Assembly: GCA_036565345.1 (NCBI GenBank) | Contig: DATCNH010000081.1 | Span: forward strand, 2,118 to 66,117 | DNA: 64,000 nt | Direction: 5' to 3' | DNA from: Candidatus Limnocylindria bacterium | GTDB taxonomy: Bacteria; Chloroflexota; Limnocylindria; P2-11E | Shown: one piece after another, positions 8,158-16,673 of the stretch | Layout: every line of letters begins with the position of its first letter | How positions within the stretch are numbered: position 1 is the first letter of the stretch | The notes under the pieces: model-generated | What the model saw: only the letters and a program-made list of their open reading frames with translations | Database searches by the model: none | Told to the model about the DNA's origin: nothing | Position numbers and translations under genes: made by a program

Positions 8158-9231
8158 CTAGGGGCCGCTGACCGAGAGGAGCGGCGGGCCGAGGAAGACG
8201 ATCAGGAGCGCCGGGAGGACGCAGAAGGTGAGCGGGAAGAGGAGCAGGACCGGCAGGCGGCGGGCGCGCGTCTCGGCCCGCCGACGCTCGCTCTCCCGGA
8301 GCGCGTCGGCCTGCGTGACCAGCAGCTCGGCGAGGGGGGAGCCGAAGCGTGAGGCGGCATCCACGAGCGCGGCGATCCGAGCCTCCTGCGGGCCGGCCGC
8401 GGCGAAGGCGGCGAACGCGAGACGGGGTGGCCGGCCCAGCCGGAGATCGGCGAGCAGCCGACGAGCCTCCGGGAGCCGGGCGACACGCGAGGCCCGCTCC
8501 ACGAGGGCCGCAAGCGCCTGCTCGAAGGTCAGTCCCGCCTCCAGACCCACGACGACCGCATCGACGAGCGACGCGAGCTCCGGCGAGCCCGCCGGCGGAC
8601 GGGTCAACCGCCGCAGCCACAGCGCACCGATGACTTCGAGGGCGATCGCCGCCACGAGCAGCCCACGGCCCCGCCCGGTGAAGATCGCGATGTAGTCCGG
8701 CGAGAGGATCGCGAAGGCGATCGCCCCGAGCGGCGCCAGACCGAGGAGCACCGCCGCCGACATGCGGCTCTGCGCGGTGAGCGCACTCCGCTCGTCGTCA
8801 AGGGCGAGGCGGCCACGCAGCAGTCGTGCGACCCGGCCGAGACTACGTCCGATCGGCCCGCCGGTGCGGGCGAAGGCGACCAGCACCACCGCGAACGGCG
8901 CCACATCCTCCTCGGGAATGACTCCGGAGTAGCTCGCGAGGGCGCGTCCCACCGGGTCTCCGATCGATAGGGTCGCCGCCGCACGCGCCGTCGCGCGTCC
9001 GAGCTCGCGAGGAAGCGCCGCGGCCACCTCGGAAAAGGCCCGCTCCAACGACAGTCCGGCGCCGAGGGCCGCACCGACCGCATCGATGAGGCCGGGGAAC
9101 GCGGCCCGCGCCTGCCGATCGGCCCCGCGCAGACCGGCGAGCCGGCGCCGGATGGCGTGCACCCGCGCGGCCGGCAGCAGGCCGCTCACGACGAGGATGC
9201 CGCCGCCCGCCAGGAGGGCCGCGGTCAGCAC
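8158..9231 (-). CDS. Tad platform protein with two T2SSF domains (fused TadB/TadC-like)
   Basis: N-terminal TM, T2SSF-like block 1 (...GAGLSLERAFSEVAAALPRELG...), central TM pair, T2SSF block 2 (...VVGLEAGLTFEQALAALV...RARRLPVLLLFPLTFCVLPALLIVFLGPP). GTG start at 9231. Confidence 0.7.
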   Translation of the reverse strand: MLTAALLAGGGILVVSGLLPAARVHAIRRRLAGLRGADRQARAAFPGLIDAVGAALGAGLSLERAFSEVAAALPRELGRATARAAATLSIGDPVGRALASYSGVIPEEDVAPFAVVLVAFARTGGPIGRSLGRVARLLRGRLALDDERSALTAQSRMSAAVLLGLAPLGAIAFAILSPDYIAIFTGRGRGLLVAAIALEVIGALWLRRLTRPPAGSPELASLVDAVVVGLEAGLTFEQALAALVERASRVARLPEARRLLADLRLGRPPRLAFAAFAAAGPQEARIAALVDAASRFGSPLAELLVTQADALRESERRRAETRARRLPVLLLFPLTFCVLPALLIVFLGPPLLSVSGP

Positions 9232-10337
9232 GCGATCGGCACGGGGCGCAGGACGTGATCGGCCGCCTCGGGATCCACCTCCACGATCTCGACGATCCGG
9301 CGACGGCCATCGGGGCCGCGCTCCTGGTGGACCACCAGCTCGATGCCCCGATGGATCTGCTCGCGGATCACCGCGATCGGCAGGTCCACGCCTCCCATGA
9401 GGGCCATCGTCTCCAGCCGGAGGAGTGCGTGATACGCGCTGTTCGCGTGCGCGGTGGTCAGCGAGCCGCGATGCCCGGTGTTCATCGCCTGGAGCATGTC
9501 GAGCGCTTCGCCTCCCCGGACCTCGCCCACGATGATCCGGTCAGGCCGCATCCGAAGCGCGTTCCGGAGGAGCGTGCGCACGTCGATCGCACCGGTGCCC
9601 TCCACGCTCGCGGGGCGCGTCTCGAGCGCGACCACGTTCGCCTGCGGCAAACGCAGCTCGGCGGCATCCTCGATGGTGACCACCCGCTCTTCGGGAGCGA
9701 TGCCGTGGGCCAGGGCATTCAGGGTGGTCGTCTTGCCGCTCGAGGTCCCGCCCGAAATGAGGATGCTCCGGCGCGCGGCGACCGCGGCCACGAGGAACGC
9801 GATCGTCTGGGCGGGGGCCGTCCCGGCACGGACGAGATCGTCCGGTCCGAGCGCACGCGGACCGAACCGCCGGATGGTGAGGATGGGTCCGGCGATCGCC
9901 ACAGGCGCGATGACCGCGTGGACCCGCGAGCCATCCGGAAGTCGGGCATCGACCAGCGGGTTCGCCAGGTCGATCCGTCGGCCGAGCGGCGCGACGAGCC
10001 GCTCGATGAGGACCAGGATCTCCTCAGGATCGCGAAACCGGATCGGGACCGGCTCGATCCGTCCGGCGCGCTCCACCCAGACCCCGCGAGTGCCATTCAC
10101 CATGATCTCGGTCACCCGCTCGTCGCGAAGGAGCGGGGCGAGCTCACCCAGTCCGAAAAAACGATCGTGGAGCCACCGCTCGACTGCGGCGAGCTCGACC
10201 GACGACAGGGCGACACGCTCGGCCGCCGCGCTCTCCCGGAGGATGATCCCAAGCTGATCGGCCCGTGGCCGCCCCTGCTCGCTCTCCCGCAACCGCGCCG
10301 CGACCGCGCGCTCGAGGCGGTCGCGCATGGCGGTCAT
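9225..10337 (-). CDS. second CpaF/TadA-family secretion ATPase
   Basis: Walker A GGTSSGKTTTLNAL, Asp box and His box (EVRGGEALDMLQAMNTGHRGSLTTAHANS). ATG at 10335-10337 overlaps the upstream stop (ATGA). Confidence 0.9.
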   Translation of the reverse strand: MTAMRDRLERAVAARLRESEQGRPRADQLGIILRESAAAERVALSSVELAAVERWLHDRFFGLGELAPLLRDERVTEIMVNGTRGVWVERAGRIEPVPIRFRDPEEILVLIERLVAPLGRRIDLANPLVDARLPDGSRVHAVIAPVAIAGPILTIRRFGPRALGPDDLVRAGTAPAQTIAFLVAAVAARRSILISGGTSSGKTTTLNALAHGIAPEERVVTIEDAAELRLPQANVVALETRPASVEGTGAIDVRTLLRNALRMRPDRIIVGEVRGGEALDMLQAMNTGHRGSLTTAHANSAYHALLRLETMALMGGVDLPIAVIREQIHRGIELVVHQERGPDGRRRIVEIVEVDPEAADHVLRPVPIAC

Positions 10338-11293
10338 GACGCGTCGATCGTCAGGAGCTCGGCGAGCTCGTCGTATGCCGCCCCGAGCGCGCCGCCGACC
10401 GGTCCGCGCGCGAGCAGCCCGTCAGCGACGGCCCGCTCATCCCGGGGAAGCACCCGGAACGCGCTCTCGATCGGGCCCTGCGCACCGATCCACCACACCG
10501 TTTCGGGCAGCCCCGCAGCGTCCCGGACCGCGCGCGACGCGGGATCGTCGTAGCCGAGAGCGAGCACGCGGTCGGCGACCAGGGCCGCGGCGCGGGCCAC
10601 CGGATCCGGCGCCGGCGGGGCATCGACGATGGCGATGTCCACCAGGTCGCGGGCGGCCGCCAGCACCGCGGCGGCAAGCTCGAGCGACGGCATCAACGGC
10701 GGACCGCCGATGATCGACAACCGCTTGCCGGCCTCGGTCGCCAGCACGGCCAGATGCTCGGCCCGGAGCTCGTCGGTGAGCGGCGCGACCTCCAGCCATG
10801 AGCGTGAAGCCGCCCCCAGCCACCAGCCGAGCGCGCCGGAGCCGGTCAGGTCGATGGCCAGCACGCTCCGCGACGCCGCGAGACGCCGAGCGAGGTTGGC
10901 CACCAGCAGCGTGCGGCCAACGCCCCCGCGACCGGAGGTCACGACGATCACACGGGTCGCGCCGCGGGCCGAACGCGGCGTGACGGCGGCGATGAGCGGT
11001 CCGAGCACCGCCGGATCGGTCGAGATCGCCGTGGCGACCGCGGCCCCTGACGCCGCCAGCAGGTCGCGCTGCGCCTCGGTCACCACGGCGACGCGCGGCA
11101 ACGTGGCCGGAAGCGACGCCGCGGCCGCCGCCGCGCCGCGGTCCCGAAGATCGACAAGGACGAGGTGTGGAGCGCCATCGCGATCGAGGTCGAGAACGCG
11201 TGCGGCTTCGTCGAGCGCCGATCCGCAGACCGCCGCCGCGATCCGCGGGGTCCGGACCGGCCGCCTGACCGCCCGATCGATCGGGGGCATCAT
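10334..11293 (-). CDS. second CpaE/TadZ-like ParA/MinD-family ATPase with a degenerate N-terminal domain
   Basis: Deviant Walker A VTSGRGGVGRTLLVANLA. Start assigned to ATG 11291-11293, which overlaps the cpaB-like stop (ATGATG); the track ORF starts at a GTG at 11374. Confidence 0.65.
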   Translation of the reverse strand: MMPPIDRAVRRPVRTPRIAAAVCGSALDEAARVLDLDRDGAPHLVLVDLRDRGAAAAAASLPATLPRVAVVTEAQRDLLAASGAAVATAISTDPAVLGPLIAAVTPRSARGATRVIVVTSGRGGVGRTLLVANLARRLAASRSVLAIDLTGSGALGWWLGAASRSWLEVAPLTDELRAEHLAVLATEAGKRLSIIGGPPLMPSLELAAAVLAAARDLVDIAIVDAPPAPDPVARAAALVADRVLALGYDDPASRAVRDAAGLPETVWWIGAQGPIESAFRVLPRDERAVADGLLARGPVGGALGAAYDELAELLTIDAS

Positions 11294-11712
11294 CGGGTCG
11301 AACGGAGCAATGGAACGAGCAAGTGACCGGAGGCCCGCGCCAGCGCGATCGCGGTGGCGTCCTCGGCCACGCACCCGACGACGAGCCCGCGTTCGTCCAT
11401 CGAGACCACGAGCAGGTCGAAGGCGATCGCCGTGGCCGACGCACGGTCACCGGTACGCAGCGCCAGCAGGTCGAGGCGGTCGCCCGGCCGAGCGCCGACG
11501 AGCGATGTCGCCAGCCACGCGGCGGGCAGCATGAGCGCCCAGGTGTCCGGGGTAAGCGTCTCGGCGACCGAGGCGCTGCGGGTCACTCCCGCATCCGTCG
11601 AGACGGGACCGAGCAGCACCGCGGCGGCAAGGACCAGCGCCCCCGCGACCGCCAACGCCGCACGTGGAGGGACGCGGCGGCGGCGGGCCAGGACGCTCAG
11701 CGATGGCAGCAT
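11290..11712 (-). CDS. CpaB/RcpC-like small membrane-anchored pilus assembly protein (tentative)
   Basis: N-terminal TM (AALAVAGALVLAAAVLLG), then ...GARPGDRLDLLALRTGD...LVVGCVAEDATAIALARASGHLLVPLL, resembling the C-terminal part of CpaB proteins. Position in the operon fits. Confidence 0.4.
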   Translation of the reverse strand: MLPSLSVLARRRRVPPRAALAVAGALVLAAAVLLGPVSTDAGVTRSASVAETLTPDTWALMLPAAWLATSLVGARPGDRLDLLALRTGDRASATAIAFDLLVVSMDERGLVVGCVAEDATAIALARASGHLLVPLLRSTR

Positions 11713-12149
11713 GCGGCTCCGATCGCGACGCGCTGGCGGTGACGATCCACCGTCAGAATCACCTCGATGGCCGGACCAGCATCGCGGATCGACAGGTCGG
11801 TCGGTGCTCCGGCACGGTTCTCGGCGGCGATCTCGCGCGCCGCGCCCAGCGCGGCCTCAGCGACGGCCGGATCCGCGACCAAGGCAGTGATCTCCGTGCG
11901 CCGAGCGAGCGAGCGGGGTCGCCCGCTCGCGTCCCGAAGGCCGAGGATGAGGGCCACCTGGGCATCGGCGAGCGCCGCTCCCGCCGCCTCCGCCGCGGCC
12001 TCAGCGGCACGACGGGCGTGCGCGTCCGAGAGGATGCGCTCCTGCGCATCCCGCAGGCCGACGATCGCCGCGGCGGCGATCCCGATGCCGAGGACCGCGA
12101 TCAGGAGCGCCTGCCCACCGTCGTCGGCACGGGCGGTCAAGGGGTCCAC
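11697..12149 (-). CDS. TadE/TadF-like pseudopilin (tentative)
   Basis: N-terminal DDGGQALLIAVLGIGIAAAAIVGL hydrophobic segment and no Flp G/XXXXEY motif. Lies between the cpaB-like gene and tadE. Confidence 0.4.
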   Translation of the reverse strand: MDPLTARADDGGQALLIAVLGIGIAAAAIVGLRDAQERILSDAHARRAAEAAAEAAGAALADAQVALILGLRDASGRPRSLARRTEITALVADPAVAEAALGAAREIAAENRAGAPTDLSIRDAGPAIEVILTVDRHRQRVAIGAACCHR

Positions 12150-12526
12150 TCGATCCGTCGGGCGGCATCGCCGCGGACCACGAGCTGCGGCAGGCCGATG
12201 AGCCCGAGGGGCGCCGCGATCGTGTAACGGAGGCTGACCCGCAGCAGGGCGCCCCGCGGCGCAGGACCGCGCTCCGCGACACCCGGGACCACCGCGATCG
12301 CTACCTTTGCCGGGTCGAGCGGCGCGACGGCGGCGGCGACCGTCGAGCGGATGAGCTCGTCGTCATTCGTGAGCGCGCCGATGCGTGCTCCTTCGGCCGC
12401 ACCCTGCTCCAGGGCGAGGCGCGCGATCCCAAGCTCGGCGATCGCGGTGATCGCGAACGCGAGAATGAGCAGCACCGGGAGAACGAGGGCGAGCTCCACG
12501 AGCGCCTGACCCCGTTGGTCCTTCAT
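12137..12526 (-). CDS. tadE: TadE-like pseudopilin
   Basis: Classic TadE N-terminus MKDQRGQALVELALVLPVLLILAFAITA. ATG 12524-12526 overlaps the hydrolase stop (ATGA). Confidence 0.75.
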   Translation of the reverse strand: MKDQRGQALVELALVLPVLLILAFAITAIAELGIARLALEQGAAEGARIGALTNDDELIRSTVAAAVAPLDPAKVAIAVVPGVAERGPAPRGALLRVSLRYTIAAPLGLIGLPQLVVRGDAARRIEWTP

Positions 12527-13656
12527 GGCCGCGCCAGTCCTGCGTTGCGGGCATTCGCCCACGTACGCACGAAGGGCAGCCGGCGGCGTCGAAGCGCCCA
12601 GCATGCGGCGATCAGGCAGACCGCGGCGAGCCCGAGGGCCCAGGGCATGACGGCGTCGGCGATCCGGCTCGTACGCGCCGCCTGCGCGATCTCGACACCA
12701 CGCATATCCGATGGGGCGGCGCGGCGCGCGACGGTGGTCGTGACCAGGTCGAGGGCGCGAGGATCACTGGTGATCGCACCGTGGCCGTCGAGCCACTCGC
12801 CGGCGCCGCGCGGAAGCAGAACCCGCGCGTCGACCCCGGGAACGGCCGCATCGCGCTCGATGACCGCGACGTCGCTCGCCATGCGCAGGTCCAAGCGCGC
12901 GATACCGGCGGCCGTCGCACCGAGACGAAGCCGCGCGAGGTCCTCGGTCGCCGGACCGGCGATGTCGCGGCCCTGCACGATCGAGGCGATCGCGCGAGCT
13001 TCCGGCCGAGCATCGCCCGCCATTTGTGCGACGACCTGCGCATAGCGGGCGGCGGTGGAGCCGTCGTGCGGAGCGGCGAGCGCGATATAGGTCCGCACGC
13101 CATCGCTCGCCGAGAGGCCGCGGGCGAGGGCGGTGTCGACCACCGCGCCACCCATGGAGTGCGCGATGAGGTGGACGGTGCCGTACCGCGTCGCCAGCTC
13201 GCGCACTTCGGCGGTCAGCGCGTCGGCGTTGTCGGACAGGCGGCCGACGGTGTCGTACGGGTGCTCCGGATCGGCGCCAAAGCGGCGGACCTCGTAACGC
13301 GGGTCGGCTCGCAGGCGGCCGATGAGCGCGTCCCAGGTCCGGTCGGAGCTCGAGGATCCGATGCCCGCGACCAGCAGGACCACCTCGCGACCGCTCCGGC
13401 CTGGAGCGACCTTCGGCGCGAGCTCCGGCAGATCGAGCGGACGAAGGGTCGTTCGGGACGGACGGACCGCCGCGCTGTCGACGTGCGGCGGTCCGTCATC
13501 TCCCGCGGCCGGGAACGCGCCTGCAGCCGGAAGGAGGGCCACGGCCACGCAGATCGCGCGAAGAAGTGTCCCGACCACGCCCCGCACTTCATTCCGGATC
13601 GCCCGCCCGCCATAGAGGACCGTGGGCCGGTACCCGGGTACCCAGAGCAGCCGCAA
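12523..13656 (-). CDS. secreted alpha/beta-hydrolase (lipase/esterase-like) with a C-terminal membrane anchor
   Basis: GxSxG nucleophile elbow (IAHSMGG), downstream acid/His regions and an N-terminal hydrophobic signal (VGTLLRAICVAVALLPAAGA). C-terminal TM AVMPWALGLAAVCLIAACWALRRRR. First gene of the second tad module. Confidence 0.7.
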   Translation of the reverse strand: MRLLWVPGYRPTVLYGGRAIRNEVRGVVGTLLRAICVAVALLPAAGAFPAAGDDGPPHVDSAAVRPSRTTLRPLDLPELAPKVAPGRSGREVVLLVAGIGSSSSDRTWDALIGRLRADPRYEVRRFGADPEHPYDTVGRLSDNADALTAEVRELATRYGTVHLIAHSMGGAVVDTALARGLSASDGVRTYIALAAPHDGSTAARYAQVVAQMAGDARPEARAIASIVQGRDIAGPATEDLARLRLGATAAGIARLDLRMASDVAVIERDAAVPGVDARVLLPRGAGEWLDGHGAITSDPRALDLVTTTVARRAAPSDMRGVEIAQAARTSRIADAVMPWALGLAAVCLIAACWALRRRRLPFVRTWANARNAGLARP

Positions 13657-13727
13657 CCCGGGCGTGGCGCGCTCCCGGTCATCGGGGATCCCGCCCTGCT
13701 TCGAGTGGTAGCGTCATCCGCGTGGGC

Positions 13728-14063
13728 ATGAAGATCTCATTGCTCGATGTACTCGCTCACGATCGAACACCGCTCCGAGCGCCACCCTCATGGATCAACG
13801 CGGAGATCGCCACCGTGAACGATCAGGTGGTGCTCCATGGCGGCGCCGGCAAGCTCGACGGCGCATGGCACCGCCAGGACAGCGACGAGTTCCTGCTGGT
13901 CCTTCGAGGCTCGCTGATCGTCGAATTCGGGCTCGGACCAGTGACCGCCGGGCCGGGGGAGGGAATCCTCATCTCCTCGGGGGAACGGCACCGCGCCACG
14001 GTCCCGGAGGACTGCCTGCTCTTATCGGTCGAAGGGATCGGGATGACGCGCGTCGAAGACTGA
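13728..14063 (+). CDS. cupin-domain protein
   Basis: MKISLLDVL... with cupin motifs (VLHGGAG...EFLLVLRGSLIVEF...PGEGILISSGERHRA). The track ORF is over-extended at the 5' end. Confidence 0.65.
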   Translation: MKISLLDVLAHDRTPLRAPPSWINAEIATVNDQVVLHGGAGKLDGAWHRQDSDEFLLVLRGSLIVEFGLGPVTAGPGEGILISSGERHRATVPEDCLLLSVEGIGMTRVED

Positions 14064-14107
14064 TGGCAATGCTAGGGTGCGCCCACGAGGTGGTTGGAGG
14101 GAATCCG

Positions 14108-15676
14108 ATGTCGCGGCGACTGCAGCTCACGAGCCTGCTCTTGGTCTTCACGATGGTCCTGGCGGCATGCGCGCCAAGCGCCGGGCCTGCACCATCGGGC
14201 GCGTCGGGCCAGCCCAAGAAGGGCGGCACCCTGATCCTCGCACGCGCCGGAGAGGTGACCAACCTTGACCCGCACAAGGTTCCGGCCTTCACATCCGCCC
14301 GGGTCTTCGAGCTTGTGTACAGCTATCTCATGCGGCTCGACGAGAACCTCGCCGTCCAGCCGGACCTCGCCGAGTCGATGCCCACGACCTCGGCCGACGG
14401 CAAAAAGGTCACGGTGAAGCTCCGCAAGGGGGTCAAGTTCCACAACGGCGATCCGCTCACCAGCGCGGACGTGAAGTACACGTTTGACCGCATCATGGAC
14501 CCGAAGACCGCGGCAGTCGCGCGTTCGTTCTTCGGCGACGTGAGCGCGGTCACCGCACCGGACGAGTCGACGGTCGTGTTCGATCTCAAGACGCCCAACG
14601 CGGCGCTCATCGCCTACATGGCGCACCCGAACACCGGCATCGTGTCGAAGAAGATCGGGGAGGCCAATGCCGACCTGTCGAAGAAGGAGACGGCGATCGG
14701 CAGCGGTCCGTTCAAGCTCGTCGAATGGGTCCCGGACAACTACATGCGCTTCGAGGCGAACAAGGACTACTACGTCGCGGGGCAGCCCTACCTCGACGGC
14801 GTGCGCATCAACGTCGTCCCGGACGAGACGGCACTGGCGGCCGCGCTTCGCACCAAGGCCGCCGATATGGCGATCGTCACCGACGCGAAGGTCGCGCGCA
14901 CGCTCAAGGGCGAGTCGGGCGTCACCCTGTCCGCGAAGCCGAGCCTCAGCTACAACCTGCTGTTCGTGAACACCACGCGCAAGCCGTTCGACAACCTCAA
15001 GGTGCGTCAGGCGATCGCCTACGCGATCGACCGCAAGGCGATCATCGATGCCGTCGCGTTCGGCGAAGGTGAGGCCACCGGGCCGATCGCACCGGCCCTG
15101 GCGAACTACGCGCTCCCCACGTCGCAGTACCCCCTGTACACCCGCGACGTGGCCAAGGCGAAGCAGCTGCTGCAGGAAGCCAACGTCGGCCCGATCACGT
15201 TCACGATGCTCACGCAGACGACCGAGCCGTCGTACGCGAAGGACATCGCGCAGCTCGTGCAGGCGCAGCTCGCGGAGATCGGCGTGACGATGAAGATCGA
15301 GACGCTCGAGTTCACCCAGTGGGTCGCGCGCTGGCTTAAGGCGGACTTCGACATGGCCCCCGGATTGAACGGCGGGGGCCCCGACCCGGACTTCTACCTG
15401 TTCCGGTACTTCACCGACGACGGGAATCTGAATTTTGTGACCGGCTACAAGAACCCGGCGTCGAGCGACTCGATCAAGGCGGCACGGGCGACGACCGACG
15501 TCGCCAAGCGCAAGGAGCTCTACACGACCGCTCAGAAGGAGCTCGTGAACGGTGTCCCGTTCATCTGGCTCTACGTGGGACGCGACTACAACGCGACACT
15601 GCCCACGACGAAGGGATTCATCCACCTGCCCACTGGATCGATCGTCTACCTGCGCCAGACCTGGCTGGACAAGTAA
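14108..15676 (+). CDS. ABC transporter substrate-binding lipoprotein, family 5 (DppA/OppA-like)
   Basis: ATG 14108 preceded by GGAGGG. Lipobox LVFTMVLAAC. SBP_bac_5-type sequence throughout (PDNYMRFEANKDYY..., FTQWVAR). Confidence 0.85.
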   Translation: MSRRLQLTSLLLVFTMVLAACAPSAGPAPSGASGQPKKGGTLILARAGEVTNLDPHKVPAFTSARVFELVYSYLMRLDENLAVQPDLAESMPTTSADGKKVTVKLRKGVKFHNGDPLTSADVKYTFDRIMDPKTAAVARSFFGDVSAVTAPDESTVVFDLKTPNAALIAYMAHPNTGIVSKKIGEANADLSKKETAIGSGPFKLVEWVPDNYMRFEANKDYYVAGQPYLDGVRINVVPDETALAAALRTKAADMAIVTDAKVARTLKGESGVTLSAKPSLSYNLLFVNTTRKPFDNLKVRQAIAYAIDRKAIIDAVAFGEGEATGPIAPALANYALPTSQYPLYTRDVAKAKQLLQEANVGPITFTMLTQTTEPSYAKDIAQLVQAQLAEIGVTMKIETLEFTQWVARWLKADFDMAPGLNGGGPDPDFYLFRYFTDDGNLNFVTGYKNPASSDSIKAARATTDVAKRKELYTTAQKELVNGVPFIWLYVGRDYNATLPTTKGFIHLPTGSIVYLRQTWLDK

Positions 15677-15681
15677 GGGAG

Positions 15682-15710
15682 GGCGGCGGGAAGGCCATCT
15701 TCCCGCCGCC
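15682..15710 (+). terminator. perfect 12-bp stem-loop (GGCGGCGGGAAG-GCCAT-CTTCCCGCCGCC) between the SBP and permease genes
   Basis: Seen directly, 6 nt after the TAA of the SBP gene. Typical intra-operon attenuator or mRNA-stabiliser position in ABC importer operons. Confidence 0.5.
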
Positions 15711-15719
15711 GTTCGCTCG

Positions 15720-16673
15720 GTGATCCGCTACCTCGGCATCCGGATCCTCAGCGCGATCCCGACCATGCTCGGCGTCTCCTTGCTCACGTTCCTCTTCATC
15801 CGGCTCATCCCCGGCGACGCCATCGCGGCGCGGCTCGGGACCTCCACCGCGCTAACGCCGGACCAGCTCGCGAGCCTCCGGGCCTACTTCGGTCTGGATC
15901 GGCCGCTGCCGCTGCAGTACTGGGATTGGATGAGCTCGCTCCTCCGGGGCGACGCCGGCTACTCGATCCGCACCGGGAGGCCGGTGCTCGTCGAGATCGC
16001 CGAACGCCTGCCGGCCACGCTCGAGCTGGCGGCGGCGGCGGCGGCCATCGCCGTGGCGGTCGGCATCCCGCTCGGGCTCGTTTCCGCGATGCGGCCGCGC
16101 ACCCGCCTCGATGTCATCGCGCGCGTCGGTGGGCTCATCGGCCTCTCGCTGCCGAGCTTCTGGCTCGGGACCCTCATCATCGTGCTGTTCTCGCTGTACC
16201 TCCGCTGGCTCCCGAATACCGGAGGCTACGTCGACTTCTTCCGCGACCCGGCCGCGAACCTGCGGCTCCTCATCTTCCCGGCGATCACCCTCGGGCTCGG
16301 CCTCGCGGCGGCAACGATGCGCATGACGCGCTCGGCGATGATCGACGTGCTCGGCGCGGACTACGTCCGCACCGCGACCGCGAAGGGCCTCCGGCGCTCC
16401 ACCGTCATCCGTCGCCACGCGCTGAAGAACGGGCTCATCATCGTCGTCACGCTCCTCGGGGTTCAGGTCGGACAGCTCCTCGGCGGCGCGGTCGTGGTCG
16501 AAGAGATCTTCTCGATCCCCGGGATCGGGCGGATGCTCCTCACCGCGATCGTGCAGCGGGATTACGCCCTGGTCCAGGGCGCCGTGCTCGTGATCGCGAT
16601 CCTGTTCGTGTTCGTGAACATCATCGTCGACCTTCTCTACGGCTACCTCGATCCGCGGATTCGCCTTGCGTAG
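15720..16673 (+). CDS. ABC transporter permease (DppB/OppB-like)
   Basis: GTG 15720 gives MIRYLGIRILSAIPTMLGVSLLTFLF... with the BPD_transp_1 signature. The track ORF is over-extended into the SBP gene. Confidence 0.8.
   Translation: MIRYLGIRILSAIPTMLGVSLLTFLFIRLIPGDAIAARLGTSTALTPDQLASLRAYFGLDRPLPLQYWDWMSSLLRGDAGYSIRTGRPVLVEIAERLPATLELAAAAAAIAVAVGIPLGLVSAMRPRTRLDVIARVGGLIGLSLPSFWLGTLIIVLFSLYLRWLPNTGGYVDFFRDPAANLRLLIFPAITLGLGLAAATMRMTRSAMIDVLGADYVRTATAKGLRRSTVIRRHALKNGLIIVVTLLGVQVGQLLGGAVVVEEIFSIPGIGRMLLTAIVQRDYALVQGAVLVIAILFVFVNIIVDLLYGYLDPRIRLA

Noticed and set aside
8066-9400. Multiple overlapping ORFs on both strands inside the fused tadB/C gene
   Set aside because: GC-frame artefacts. 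The coherent TM/T2SSF architecture exists only in the 8158-9231 minus frame.
10437-11890. 337-aa, 301-aa and 178-aa ORFs across the cpaE2/cpaB-like region
   Set aside because: Arg/Ala/Pro-rich and overlapping the ATPase gene in alternative frames. No motifs.
11697-12149. A second Flp pilin
   Set aside because: It has a hydrophobic N-terminus but lacks the G/XXXXEY processing motif. Better described as a TadE/F-like pseudopilin (tentative).
2207-13656. Missing secretin (cpaC/rcpA) as an annotation gap
   Set aside because: No long beta-rich secretin-like ORF exists in any frame. The absence fits the monoderm-type gene content elsewhere in the window.
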